Positions 29,581-37,689 of a stretch of DNA of 64,000 nt are shown here, piece by piece (positions within the stretch are counted from its first letter, which is position 1; every line of letters begins with the position of its first letter). The position numbers were made by a program, and so were the translations under genes. Below the pieces are notes generated by a model. It made no database searches. It was not told where the DNA came from and saw nothing but the letters and a program-made list of their open reading frames with translations. This DNA is from an uncultured Candidatus Saccharibacteria bacterium (GTDB lineage: Bacteria; Patescibacteriota; Saccharimonadia; Saccharimonadales; JACDBH01): positions 7,132-71,131 of the forward strand of contig CAYSJS010000005.1 in NCBI GenBank assembly GCA_964431415.1. The letters run 5' to 3'.

Positions 29581-30681
29581 ATGCATATGGCAAAAATTCT
29601 GATTGATGCGCGGGAGTCGGGGACGAGCACAGGCAGGTATATTGATAAACTTGTCGAGTATCTGCACAAAATACCAACCGATCATGACATTCAGATTCTG
29701 ACAAAAAAACATCGCGTTGGGTTCATGCACGAGATTGCACCCACATTTACGGTGACCGAAACGCCTTATGCAGAATTTAGTTTTGGCGAACAGCTCGGCC
29801 TAAAAAAGCAAATTGAATCTTTAAAGCCCGACTTAGTTCATTTCGGCATGGTGCAGCAGCCCGTTCTGTATCGTGGCAAGGTAGTAACCACTATGCACGA
29901 TCTCACAACAATTCGCTTCAGAAACCCCAGTAAAAACGCCGTTATTTTTACCGTAAAACAACTGGTGTATAAATGGGTAAACAAACGCGTTGCGCATAAA
30001 AGCAGGGTAGTTATCACCCCCACTAATTTTGTTAAGCGTGATGTCGTCCATTACTGTCACATTCCCGCCGAAAAGGTCGTCGTAACACTTGAATCTGCCG
30101 ACAAAATACAAGAAGAGCCTAAGGCCATAAAAGAACTCGAGAACAAGCAGTTTATTATGTATGTCGGCCGCCCAACACCACACAAAAATCTCCCCCGTCT
30201 TATTGAAGCTTTTACTGAGCTTCAAAAAGATTACCCGAAACTGTACTTGGTGTTGGCCGGAAAGAAAGATGCGCTATATGAAGCGCACGAACGATCAATT
30301 ACCGAAAAAGGCATGAAAAATGTTATGTTCACCGGTTTTGTAACCGACGGTCAACTGCGGTGGCTGTACGAACATACCGCATGCTATGCATTTCCAAGTC
30401 TGAGTGAAGGGTTTGGGCTTCCTGGGCTAGAGGCAATGACTCATGGCGCCCCTGTTGCAAGCAGTAACGCCACCTGTTTACCAGAGGTATATGGTGAAGC
30501 TGCAATCTACTTTGACCCAAAGGATAGCAGGGGAATGGCTGACGCTATACGTAGCATTCTTTCCGACACAGAATTAAAAAAAGAATGTATTAAACGCGGA
30601 CATACACAAGTTGCAAAATTCTCATGGGAACACATGGCCAATCAGACATTTGACATTTATAACGGTGTGTTGAAAAAATAG
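29581..30681 (+). CDS. Glycosyltransferase family 4
   Basis: 366 aa. FPSLSEGFGLPGLEAMTHGAPVASSNATCLPEV. An alternative ATG lies at 29587. Confidence 0.85.
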   Translation: MHMAKILIDARESGTSTGRYIDKLVEYLHKIPTDHDIQILTKKHRVGFMHEIAPTFTVTETPYAEFSFGEQLGLKKQIESLKPDLVHFGMVQQPVLYRGKVVTTMHDLTTIRFRNPSKNAVIFTVKQLVYKWVNKRVAHKSRVVITPTNFVKRDVVHYCHIPAEKVVVTLESADKIQEEPKAIKELENKQFIMYVGRPTPHKNLPRLIEAFTELQKDYPKLYLVLAGKKDALYEAHERSITEKGMKNVMFTGFVTDGQLRWLYEHTACYAFPSLSEGFGLPGLEAMTHGAPVASSNATCLPEVYGEAAIYFDPKDSRGMADAIRSILSDTELKKECIKRGHTQVAKFSWEHMANQTFDIYNGVLKK

Positions 30682-30779
30682 TTTTTTTACTCAAGTTATC
30701 CCCAGCTGAACAAAATACGAACTAACGGGGGAGTTGCAATATTTGCTTTTTTGTTGTTTTTGTTATAAATATATATTTT

Positions 30780-31259
30780 TTATTTTTCTGTACTTTCAAT
30801 GTCCTTTGAGTCACCAATCCTCAGCACCACATGCCGCTCCCTCCCCTCTCCTACTGATGTGGTGATGAGACCCGCTTCATCGGCCACCTTATGTACCACT
30901 CTCCGATCGGCTGCATTCATAGGGGCCAGAGCCAGCTCTTTACCACTTTCCTTCACTTGCTTGATCCAAGCTTCTGCTTTTTCGGCAAGCTGATGTGCGC
31001 GCTGCTTTTTGTAATCTGCAATATCTACGTTCACTCGAGTATATTCGTAGCCATTATTTTTTAGGGCATTGCTCACAATAAACTGCAGCGACCTCATGGT
31101 GTCTCCGTGCTGCCCTATCAAAAAACCATTGAGACGCGTCGACGGCACACTTAACTCAATCATGTCTTCATCATTCGTGGCATATACATCGGTATTAAGT
31201 CCAAAAAAAGACAGCAGGTCCTCTAGATATTTTTTTGCATATAAAATTGCTTCTTCCAC
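30780..31259 (-). CDS. jag: Jag/KhpB-type RNA-binding protein (KH + R3H domains)
   Basis: 159 aa. The KH-like segment is LIGQHGDTMRSLQFIV and the R3H-like segment is MNAADRRVVHKVADEAGLITTSVGEGRERHVVL. It sits immediately downstream of yidC, as in many bacteria. Confidence 0.85.
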   Translation of the reverse strand: MEEAILYAKKYLEDLLSFFGLNTDVYATNDEDMIELSVPSTRLNGFLIGQHGDTMRSLQFIVSNALKNNGYEYTRVNVDIADYKKQRAHQLAEKAEAWIKQVKESGKELALAPMNAADRRVVHKVADEAGLITTSVGEGRERHVVLRIGDSKDIESTEK

Positions 31260-32225
31260 TTAGCGCCTCCTCTTCTTATTTTTCTTGGCGCGTGACTTTT
31301 TTGACGGTTGTGTTTGTTTTGGCTTCTCTACCACTTCGCCCTCGACAATTGTCCGGACAGTGGTTTTGGTTGTCGATTTTTTACTGTGTAGGCTCGATTC
31401 AATTTCTGATTCGTCCCGCCCAAGTACGCGGTTCTGCTGAATCAGGGCGACAATACCGCTCACTAACCAGTACAGGCTAAGCGCAGAGGCAATATTCACG
31501 GTGAAGAAAAATATCATAACAGGAATAAAGAACCGCGTACTTCGTCCAACAGCGGCGCTCACTTCAGACTGGTCGGCCTGTTCGCCCTTCCCTGCACTCT
31601 TTAAGATGTCACGGAGCTTGCGAGCATCTTTGTCATTTGGCATAAGTTGCTTACTTTGATAATACTGGCTTACGGCACTACCGATCACCAGGATCATAGC
31701 CGGCCAATAGATACCGCCGGTTTTTTCTATTGCACTACGGGTAAGATCAACCACACCAAATAATGTGTGGTCAAACTTCGTAATGTCACCCGCCAGCTCC
31801 TTCATCCAGTTGAAGTTCTGGATAAACGGGTAACTAAAGTCAATTATATTGCGCGGATTGCTGATGATTCTTTGAATGCCCGAGTAGAGCCCGAGGAGAA
31901 TTGGCAGCTGCAAAAGAACAATACCAAACGAACTAAACGGATTAACTCCGCGTTCTTTGTAGAGTTCCATTACCATAAGTGACTCTTTTTGCCTGTCCCC
32001 TGCCGCCGCTTTTTTAATACGCCGAAGCTCAGGCTGTAACTCCCTCATCGCTTTGGCATTGTGCAGCTGCTTTTTAACGAGCGGCCACATAAGCAAGCGC
32101 ACTACTATAGTAAAGAGAATAATTGCGAGGCCAAAATTATGGCCAGGCAAAAGATTATAAATAAGAACCAAAAGGTTAAAAATAGGTCGAACAATCAGTG
32201 TCGTAAACATACGATGTAACGTCAA
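31260..32225 (-). CDS. yidC: Membrane protein insertase YidC (short, Gram-positive type)
   Basis: 321 aa. LLMWPLVKKQLHNAKAMRELQPELRRIKK...ELYKERGVNPFSSFGIVLLQLPILLGLY, with a basic C-terminal tail. Confidence 0.9.
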   Translation of the reverse strand: MTLHRMFTTLIVRPIFNLLVLIYNLLPGHNFGLAIILFTIVVRLLMWPLVKKQLHNAKAMRELQPELRRIKKAAAGDRQKESLMVMELYKERGVNPFSSFGIVLLQLPILLGLYSGIQRIISNPRNIIDFSYPFIQNFNWMKELAGDITKFDHTLFGVVDLTRSAIEKTGGIYWPAMILVIGSAVSQYYQSKQLMPNDKDARKLRDILKSAGKGEQADQSEVSAAVGRSTRFFIPVMIFFFTVNIASALSLYWLVSGIVALIQQNRVLGRDESEIESSLHSKKSTTKTTVRTIVEGEVVEKPKQTQPSKKSRAKKNKKRRR

Positions 32226-32286
32226 ACTCCCTTAGTTGATAGATCTACTATACCATATATAGACGATCAAGACCTCTTCTGTCTGT

Positions 32287-32628
32287 CTATAGCTTTGCTC
32301 TACGTAGTAAGGACTGTATCTGTTCGTTTAATTCTTCGCTCGATATAAAGGCGGTTTCAGGGGCATACACGGTAACAACCAGTTCTACCGGCTCCTGTAC
32401 GCCAGGGAGGTACATGCGAACCACTTCATAAATACGGCGCCTGATACGGTTTCTGAGTACGGCAGATTTGTGCACTTTTTTACTAACCACCACCGCAACT
32501 TTGGTGGTGTTAATGCGTCTACCGCGCACCACATGAAGCGAACAAGCTCCGCCGCGGATTGTTACCCCCTGTCGGTACGCTTGACGTACTGCGGTATGAC
32601 CATGAAAACGCTGGTTTTTTGCAAGCAT
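32287..32628 (-). CDS. rnpA: Ribonuclease P protein component
   Basis: 113 aa. VVVSKKVHKSAVLRNRIRRRIYEVVR is the RNR motif. The gene lies between rpmH and yidC. Confidence 0.85.
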   Translation of the reverse strand: MLAKNQRFHGHTAVRQAYRQGVTIRGGACSLHVVRGRRINTTKVAVVVSKKVHKSAVLRNRIRRRIYEVVRMYLPGVQEPVELVVTVYAPETAFISSEELNEQIQSLLRRAKL

Positions 32629-32717
32629 ATACTTTTAGTTTAAAGTAAAAAGTTCATAAAGCGAAAAGCTATTACCTTTCCCTTTAAGAACTTTACATAC
32701 CTTTTACTATGCAGCTT

Positions 32718-32855
32718 TTAGACTGTTAGCTTCTTGCGACCCTTAGCGCGGCGGCGCGCAAGCACCGTCCTGCCAGTGCGATTTGCCATACGCTTCAAAA
32801 AGCCATGCTCTTTTGCACGGGTGCGCTTTTTTGGTTGAAATGTTCGTTTTGGCAT
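32718..32855 (-). CDS. rpmH: 50S ribosomal protein L34
   Basis: Not in the ORF track because it is under 60 aa. Manual minus-strand translation gives [45 protein letters not shown] (45 aa plus TAA), a canonical L34 sequence. Confidence 0.9.
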   Translation of the reverse strand: MPKRTFQPKKRTRAKEHGFLKRMANRTGRTVLARRRAKGRKKLTV

Positions 32856-33142
32856 TCTGCTCTTTCCTATTTATGTACGAGACTACTTAAGTATACATGT
32901 TGTTATGTATACAGTAATACTCTTGTTAAATTGACAATAATTACTGCTATATCTTAACAGGTTTTCCACTCTTTTCAAAACCTTATCCCCAGATTTATTA
33001 GATACGGCACCTAGGTGTGTATAACTCCTCTCTTTAGTTGCAAAAAAATGGGTATCGTTAAAATTACATCTGAAAACTTGTGGAAAAGTCTTTGTTCTTT
33101 GCTATAGTACGTAGTACGAACTAAAACCGGAGGGGAAAGAAA
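32856..33142. promoter_or_regulatory. rpmH-dnaA divergent control region with DnaA-box-like 9-mers and a putative dnaA promoter (candidate oriC part)
   Basis: TTTTCCACT at 32962-32970. TTATCCCCA at 32983-32991. TTTTCCACA on the minus strand at 33079-33087. Extended -10 TGcTATAGT at 33100-33108, about 35 nt before the dnaA ATG. GGAGGGG RBS. GTATACA repeated at 32891 and 32907. Confidence 0.5.
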
Positions 33143-34522
33143 ATGCAGGACGATCGACTGTGGCAAGCAGTACTGGGCGAGATCGAACTGAGCATTTCCC
33201 ACGGAAATTATGTAACCTGGTTTAAGAATACTCGCCTGCTGAAGTTTAAGGACAACATACTCACCATTGGTGTCCCTAATGTTTTCGTAAAACAGCAACT
33301 AGAACGCAAGTACAATGACCTTATTAGTGAACTCCTTGCAAAAAATCACGTATCACCCGACCGTATCGAATACAAGATACACACGGACTTATCCAAAGCC
33401 GTCCCCACAGAAGAAACCATAACCCTAAACCCCAGCACACACACCCCCTCGTTTCAGCAGCCCGTAAGCTATGCGACCAGCACCAGCTCACTCAGTCATT
33501 CATACCGACAGGGTCTTAACGAACGTTATACCTTTGAAAATTTCATTGTTGGATCTGGCAATGAACTTGCATATGCGGCCTGTCAGGCGATCGCCGCGAA
33601 CCCCGGAACAAAATATAATCCTCTGTTTATTTATGGCGGAGTCGGAATCGGCAAAACCCATCTTATTCAAGCCGTAGGAAATGCCGTAATTGCCCACAAA
33701 CCAGATGCTAAGGTGGTATATGTAACAAGCGAACAGTTCGTGCAGGAGTTTGTTGACGCTCTGCGTTTTAAAAAAGCTAGCGATTTTGCCGGACACTACC
33801 GAACGACCGATGTACTTATTATCGACGATGTGCAGTTTATCGCCGGCAAAGAGAAAATGCAGGAAGAGTTCTTTCATACCTTTAACGCTCTTCATCAAGC
33901 AAATAAGCAAATTATCATCAGCAGCGACAAACCCCCAAAAGACATCCCTACTCTCGAAGAGCGCCTGAGAAGTCGCTTTGCCTGGGGGATGTCCATTGAT
34001 ATGCAGAACCCTGACTTTGAAACGCGTTGCGCCATTATTCAGTCTAAGGCTGAGATTAAAGGCATGGTTCTGCCTGCAGACGTCGTGGAATACCTTGCCA
34101 ATCACGTCCAGACCAACATCCGTGAACTCGAGGGCGCACTCAATCAACTCATTGCGTTTTGTGAAATGCGAGGCCTTGACCCCGATGCTACGGTGGTCGC
34201 AAATCTACTCAGCGCCAACAAATCAAGACCAAAGCACTTGAGCGCAAGACAAGTGATCGAAAAAATATCTAAGCACTTCCAGATTCCTATGGATGATTTA
34301 TTGGGACCCAAGAGAGATAAAGATATAGTCGTTCCCCGCCAGGTAGCAATGTACCTCCTTCGTAGTGAGCTCCATTTAAGTTTCCCTAAGATAGCTCGCG
34401 AACTGGGACGCAAAGATCACACCACCGCAATTCATTCCGTAGAAAAAATCGAACAAGAGCTCGCCTTCGATTCGTTGATGCGTCAGCACATATCCGAAAT
34501 AAAGGAGCGTTTATATGCGTAG
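33143..34522 (+). CDS. dnaA: Chromosomal replication initiator protein DnaA
   Basis: 459 aa. AAA+ Walker A GGVGIGKTHL, Walker B LIIDDVQF, and the C-terminal DNA-binding domain motif DHTTAIHSVEKI. Confidence 0.97.
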   Translation: MQDDRLWQAVLGEIELSISHGNYVTWFKNTRLLKFKDNILTIGVPNVFVKQQLERKYNDLISELLAKNHVSPDRIEYKIHTDLSKAVPTEETITLNPSTHTPSFQQPVSYATSTSSLSHSYRQGLNERYTFENFIVGSGNELAYAACQAIAANPGTKYNPLFIYGGVGIGKTHLIQAVGNAVIAHKPDAKVVYVTSEQFVQEFVDALRFKKASDFAGHYRTTDVLIIDDVQFIAGKEKMQEEFFHTFNALHQANKQIIISSDKPPKDIPTLEERLRSRFAWGMSIDMQNPDFETRCAIIQSKAEIKGMVLPADVVEYLANHVQTNIRELEGALNQLIAFCEMRGLDPDATVVANLLSANKSRPKHLSARQVIEKISKHFQIPMDDLLGPKRDKDIVVPRQVAMYLLRSELHLSFPKIARELGRKDHTTAIHSVEKIEQELAFDSLMRQHISEIKERLYA

Positions 34523-34813
34523 TTCAGGTATGTCAAAAACCTGTGCAAAACCTGTTTATGCACCCACGTATAAGCGGCGAATAAGAGTTAGCTTTTCCCA
34601 CACCAACCCCGCCTTTGGCGTACACATGGAGCACAAAACCCTCACTTATCCCACTATGGTGCGTTTTTTGCCCATTGCTTCAACCACTTTTTGTGCGCAG
34701 CTTTTTGAGCACATTAACAGATCATTTTATCGACTTATACCCATCTTCCACAGGCCCTATAAGAACAAGGATTTTTTAAATATATATAATTCTATTATAG
34801 AAAGGCAGGCCGT
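34523..34813. promoter_or_regulatory. Long dnaA-dnaN spacer: DnaA-box-like motifs plus an AT-rich tract (candidate oriC/DUE)
   Basis: TTTTCCCAC at 34593-34601, TTATCCCAC at 34646-34654 and TCTTCCACA at 34744-34752. AAAACCTGT is directly repeated at 34536 and 34547. A 30-nt tract that is almost entirely A/T lies at 34771-34800 (attttttaaatatatataattctattatag). Confidence 0.5.
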
Positions 34814-35905
34814 ATGAAACTTCAGGTAACCCAGGAAAATCTTTCTAAAGCACTAAGTACGGTAGCTCGTATAGCAAACACCAGAAACACCCTACCTATT
34901 CTAGGTAACGTACTGCTAAAAACTGTCGATAATCGGCTAAGTGTGGCAGCTACTAATCTCGACATTGCCATTACTCACTACATAGGCTCAAAAGTATCCG
35001 AAGAAGGAGCGATAACCGTACCTGCTCGTCTCATGCAGGACTTTGTCAGCAGTCTCCCGAGTGGAGTAATTGACCTAGAACTAGACGAAAATAAACTACA
35101 TATCGCAACCGATCAATATAAATCAACCATAAACGGCGTATCGGCAGAAGATTTTCCGGTTATGCCGGCTATTGCGGACGGTGTTTCATGGAACATTCCT
35201 TCGAATGTGTTTAAAAAAGGTTTACAACAAGTTGTTTTGGCTGCCTCGAGCGATGAAGCTCGCCCGATTCTGACTGGCGTGTATCTACACACATACGAAG
35301 GAAAGCTATATATGGTTGCAACCGACAGTTATCGCCTGGCCGAGCGAGAGTTGCAAAAAAATAATGCCGAGGTGTCTTTGCTTGTTCCTGGTTCTGCTCT
35401 TCAGGATATGCTTCGTATTCTTGGCGACGGCGATGATATTGTTACAATTACCCACGACGATCAACAGGTGTTGTTCCAGGTGGGAGAGGTGGAACTTGTA
35501 AGCCGCCTCATAGAAGGGTCTTATCCTGACTATCGAAAACTTATACCTAACTCGTTTGAAGTGTCTGCGACACTAAGCCGTAGCGACTTTACCAACATAA
35601 CCAAGGTATCCTCGTTGTTTGCACGAGAAAGCGCCGGTAGTGTAACGATTAAAGTTGATGAAGTTTCTAAACAAGTAAGTATACGTTCGGTCGCTTCACA
35701 GCTTGGCGAAAACACGGCGAGCGCAGCTGCAGAAGTTACCGGCAGTGGCGAGGTAACTCTAAACTCTCGCTATCTGCTCGACGCTTTGCACGTCTTTCCC
35801 GGTAATTCGATTACCTTTAGTTTTAACGGAAAACTAGACCCGTGTTTACTCAGCGACGCTTCGTCTAAGGAATACAAGCATATTATTATGCCGCTTCGGA
35901 GTTAG
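34814..35905 (+). CDS. dnaN: DNA polymerase III beta sliding clamp
   Basis: 363 aa. MKLQVTQENLSKALSTVARIANTRNTLPILGNVLL... is a typical DnaN N-terminus, and the gene has the conserved position after dnaA. Confidence 0.95.
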   Translation: MKLQVTQENLSKALSTVARIANTRNTLPILGNVLLKTVDNRLSVAATNLDIAITHYIGSKVSEEGAITVPARLMQDFVSSLPSGVIDLELDENKLHIATDQYKSTINGVSAEDFPVMPAIADGVSWNIPSNVFKKGLQQVVLAASSDEARPILTGVYLHTYEGKLYMVATDSYRLAERELQKNNAEVSLLVPGSALQDMLRILGDGDDIVTITHDDQQVLFQVGEVELVSRLIEGSYPDYRKLIPNSFEVSATLSRSDFTNITKVSSLFARESAGSVTIKVDEVSKQVSIRSVASQLGENTASAAAEVTGSGEVTLNSRYLLDALHVFPGNSITFSFNGKLDPCLLSDASSKEYKHIIMPLRS

Positions 35906-35942
35906 GCTTGCTGATAACGGCATAGTTCACTACCCTTAGATC

Positions 35943-36998
35943 ATGCTTATAGACATACAACTAAAGCAGTTTCGCTCGTATGAAGACAGTTCATTTGAGT
36001 TTTCTGATGGCGTCAATATAATTATTGGACCCAATGCGAGCGGAAAATCAAACCTACTCGAAGCGATACTGGTATTGGCGCGCGGAAGTTCATACCGAGC
36101 TTCGGACGGTGATCTTATGCAGTTTAATAAAACATGGGCGCGGCTAGATGGACTTATGAAGGATGGTTCGACCAGGACCATAAAATATAAAACCACAAAC
36201 AGTAAACTGGTTAAAACATATGAATTTAACGAAAAAACATATGTACGACTTACTCATCAACACACCATCCCGGTTGTTCTGTTTGAGCCCAACAATATGT
36301 TTCTTTTGATAGGACAGCCTGAAGCGAGACGAGCCTATCTAGACGATCTTCTTGAGCAGCTAGAACCAAGCTTTGCTTCCCTGCGTCTCCATTACCGCCG
36401 CGTCCTAAGTCAGCGAAATGCTCTATTGAAGCGTCAGCCGCGGGACATCACCCAACAGATGTTTGTTTGGAATGTAAGGTTGAGTGAACTTGGTGGTCAC
36501 ATCGCTCGGTCACGCACGCAGCTCGTTGGACAGCTTCAGGAGGTGCTTGGAGGACTCTACAAGAGCATAGCCGGCTCAGTAACGGATGTGGGTGCGGAAT
36601 ATGTATCAGGCTTACCGCTCAACACGTACGAATCAACTCTTTTAAAGCAATTAGAAAATTCTTTAGAGAAAGACCTGATACGTGGCTTCACTTCGATCGG
36701 GCCACACAGAGACGACCTAGTGCTCCGGTTTAACGGGGTGCCCGCGGCAGAAACGGCTTCACGGGGCGAAACACGCACCGCCCTGCTCGCCCTTAAACTC
36801 TTTGAACTTACGATGCTCGAAAAAGTCCGAGGTATGAAGCCGCTCTTACTACTAGATGACGTGTTTAGTGAGCTAGACGGCAAACGCCGGCATGCGCTAA
36901 CGGACTATCTACAAAATTATCAAACATTTATAACCACCACCGATGCAGACGTGGTTGGTAAAAAGTTTTCCCAGCGCGCCCACACTATCACTTTCTAG
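35943..36998 (+). CDS. recF: DNA replication and repair protein RecF
   Basis: 351 aa. Walker A GPNASGKSNLLEAI, signature-like region, Walker B LLLLDDVFSELD. Confidence 0.95.
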   Translation: MLIDIQLKQFRSYEDSSFEFSDGVNIIIGPNASGKSNLLEAILVLARGSSYRASDGDLMQFNKTWARLDGLMKDGSTRTIKYKTTNSKLVKTYEFNEKTYVRLTHQHTIPVVLFEPNNMFLLIGQPEARRAYLDDLLEQLEPSFASLRLHYRRVLSQRNALLKRQPRDITQQMFVWNVRLSELGGHIARSRTQLVGQLQEVLGGLYKSIAGSVTDVGAEYVSGLPLNTYESTLLKQLENSLEKDLIRGFTSIGPHRDDLVLRFNGVPAAETASRGETRTALLALKLFELTMLEKVRGMKPLLLLDDVFSELDGKRRHALTDYLQNYQTFITTTDADVVGKKFSQRAHTITF

Positions 36999-37687
36999 TC
37001 TAGATCGGGAAATGTTCGTGTGCCCGAACTTCGAGTCACTAAATAAGTGTAACGAATATTTTTTAGTGAAGACTCCTTAAGACTGTTCATTAAGTAGTTT
37101 TCGGCAAGCGATTTTGTGTTTGCAGAGCCGTCATATGAAGTGATTAGAAAAGTATCAGAATTAGTTTGATAATCAATGCTGTAACCGTCCTTCTCGAGCG
37201 GAAGAGTGCCTATAAACTGATTCCGGACCGAATTAGAAGAAAGCTCGCCGTCGATGTTTTGTTTTGTTTTCGTGTCGGTTATAGAAATCTTGATTCTTTC
37301 TTTTTTCAACAAAGTAACCTCTACGGTAATGGTGTTCTTTAGTGCGCCATACCTACCCTTAAAACGAATTATTTTTTCTGATTTCTGAGGAGTTGATTCA
37401 AGCTTGAAGCCGACAGAAGACCCCTTGTTCTGATACGCTGGATAGTTCTTTTTGGCAAAATTGAATAGATCGCTTGCCATAAATTCATGAGCCTTAAGGC
37501 TCTCCATTTGTTTCATGAGCTCTTCTCCGCCGGTTATAATCGCTTGCGAACTGTAGTTGTTAGACGTCGGTTCGTCCGGAAGCTGGTCTATTGAGTTTTT
37601 TCTAGGAAATAACAGAATTACCAGAATAAGAATTGTTATTCCCGCTACTGCTATGAATATGTTTTTTCTCTTTTGTTTTGCTTGCAT
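36995..37687 (-). CDS. Bitopic membrane-anchored protein, last gene of the T4SS-like operon (VirB8-like size and topology, unproven)
   Basis: 230 aa with a short basic N-terminus, one TM (IFIAVAGITILILVILLF) and a ~190-aa extracytoplasmic domain. A 2-nt gap separates it from the upstream gene. No motif was recognised. Confidence 0.5.
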   Translation of the reverse strand: MQAKQKRKNIFIAVAGITILILVILLFPRKNSIDQLPDEPTSNNYSSQAIITGGEELMKQMESLKAHEFMASDLFNFAKKNYPAYQNKGSSVGFKLESTPQKSEKIIRFKGRYGALKNTITVEVTLLKKERIKISITDTKTKQNIDGELSSNSVRNQFIGTLPLEKDGYSIDYQTNSDTFLITSYDGSANTKSLAENYLMNSLKESSLKNIRYTYLVTRSSGTRTFPDLD

Positions 37688-37689
37688 AG

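Noticed and set aside
33500-34147. Long antisense ORFs inside well-supported genes (215 aa opposite dnaA; also 47410..48264 opposite the VirB6-like gene, 43100..43669 opposite virB4, 17620..18084 opposite GT2, 21490..21999 opposite GT4)
   Set aside because: Each is fully contained in a gene with strong family motifs on the other strand. None has recognisable motifs or translation signals.
34515-34817. 100-aa ORF filling the dnaA-dnaN spacer
   Set aside because: It overlaps the dnaA stop and has no RBS. Its composition is odd and it covers DnaA-box-like motifs and an AT-rich tract. I interpret the region as non-coding origin or regulatory DNA.
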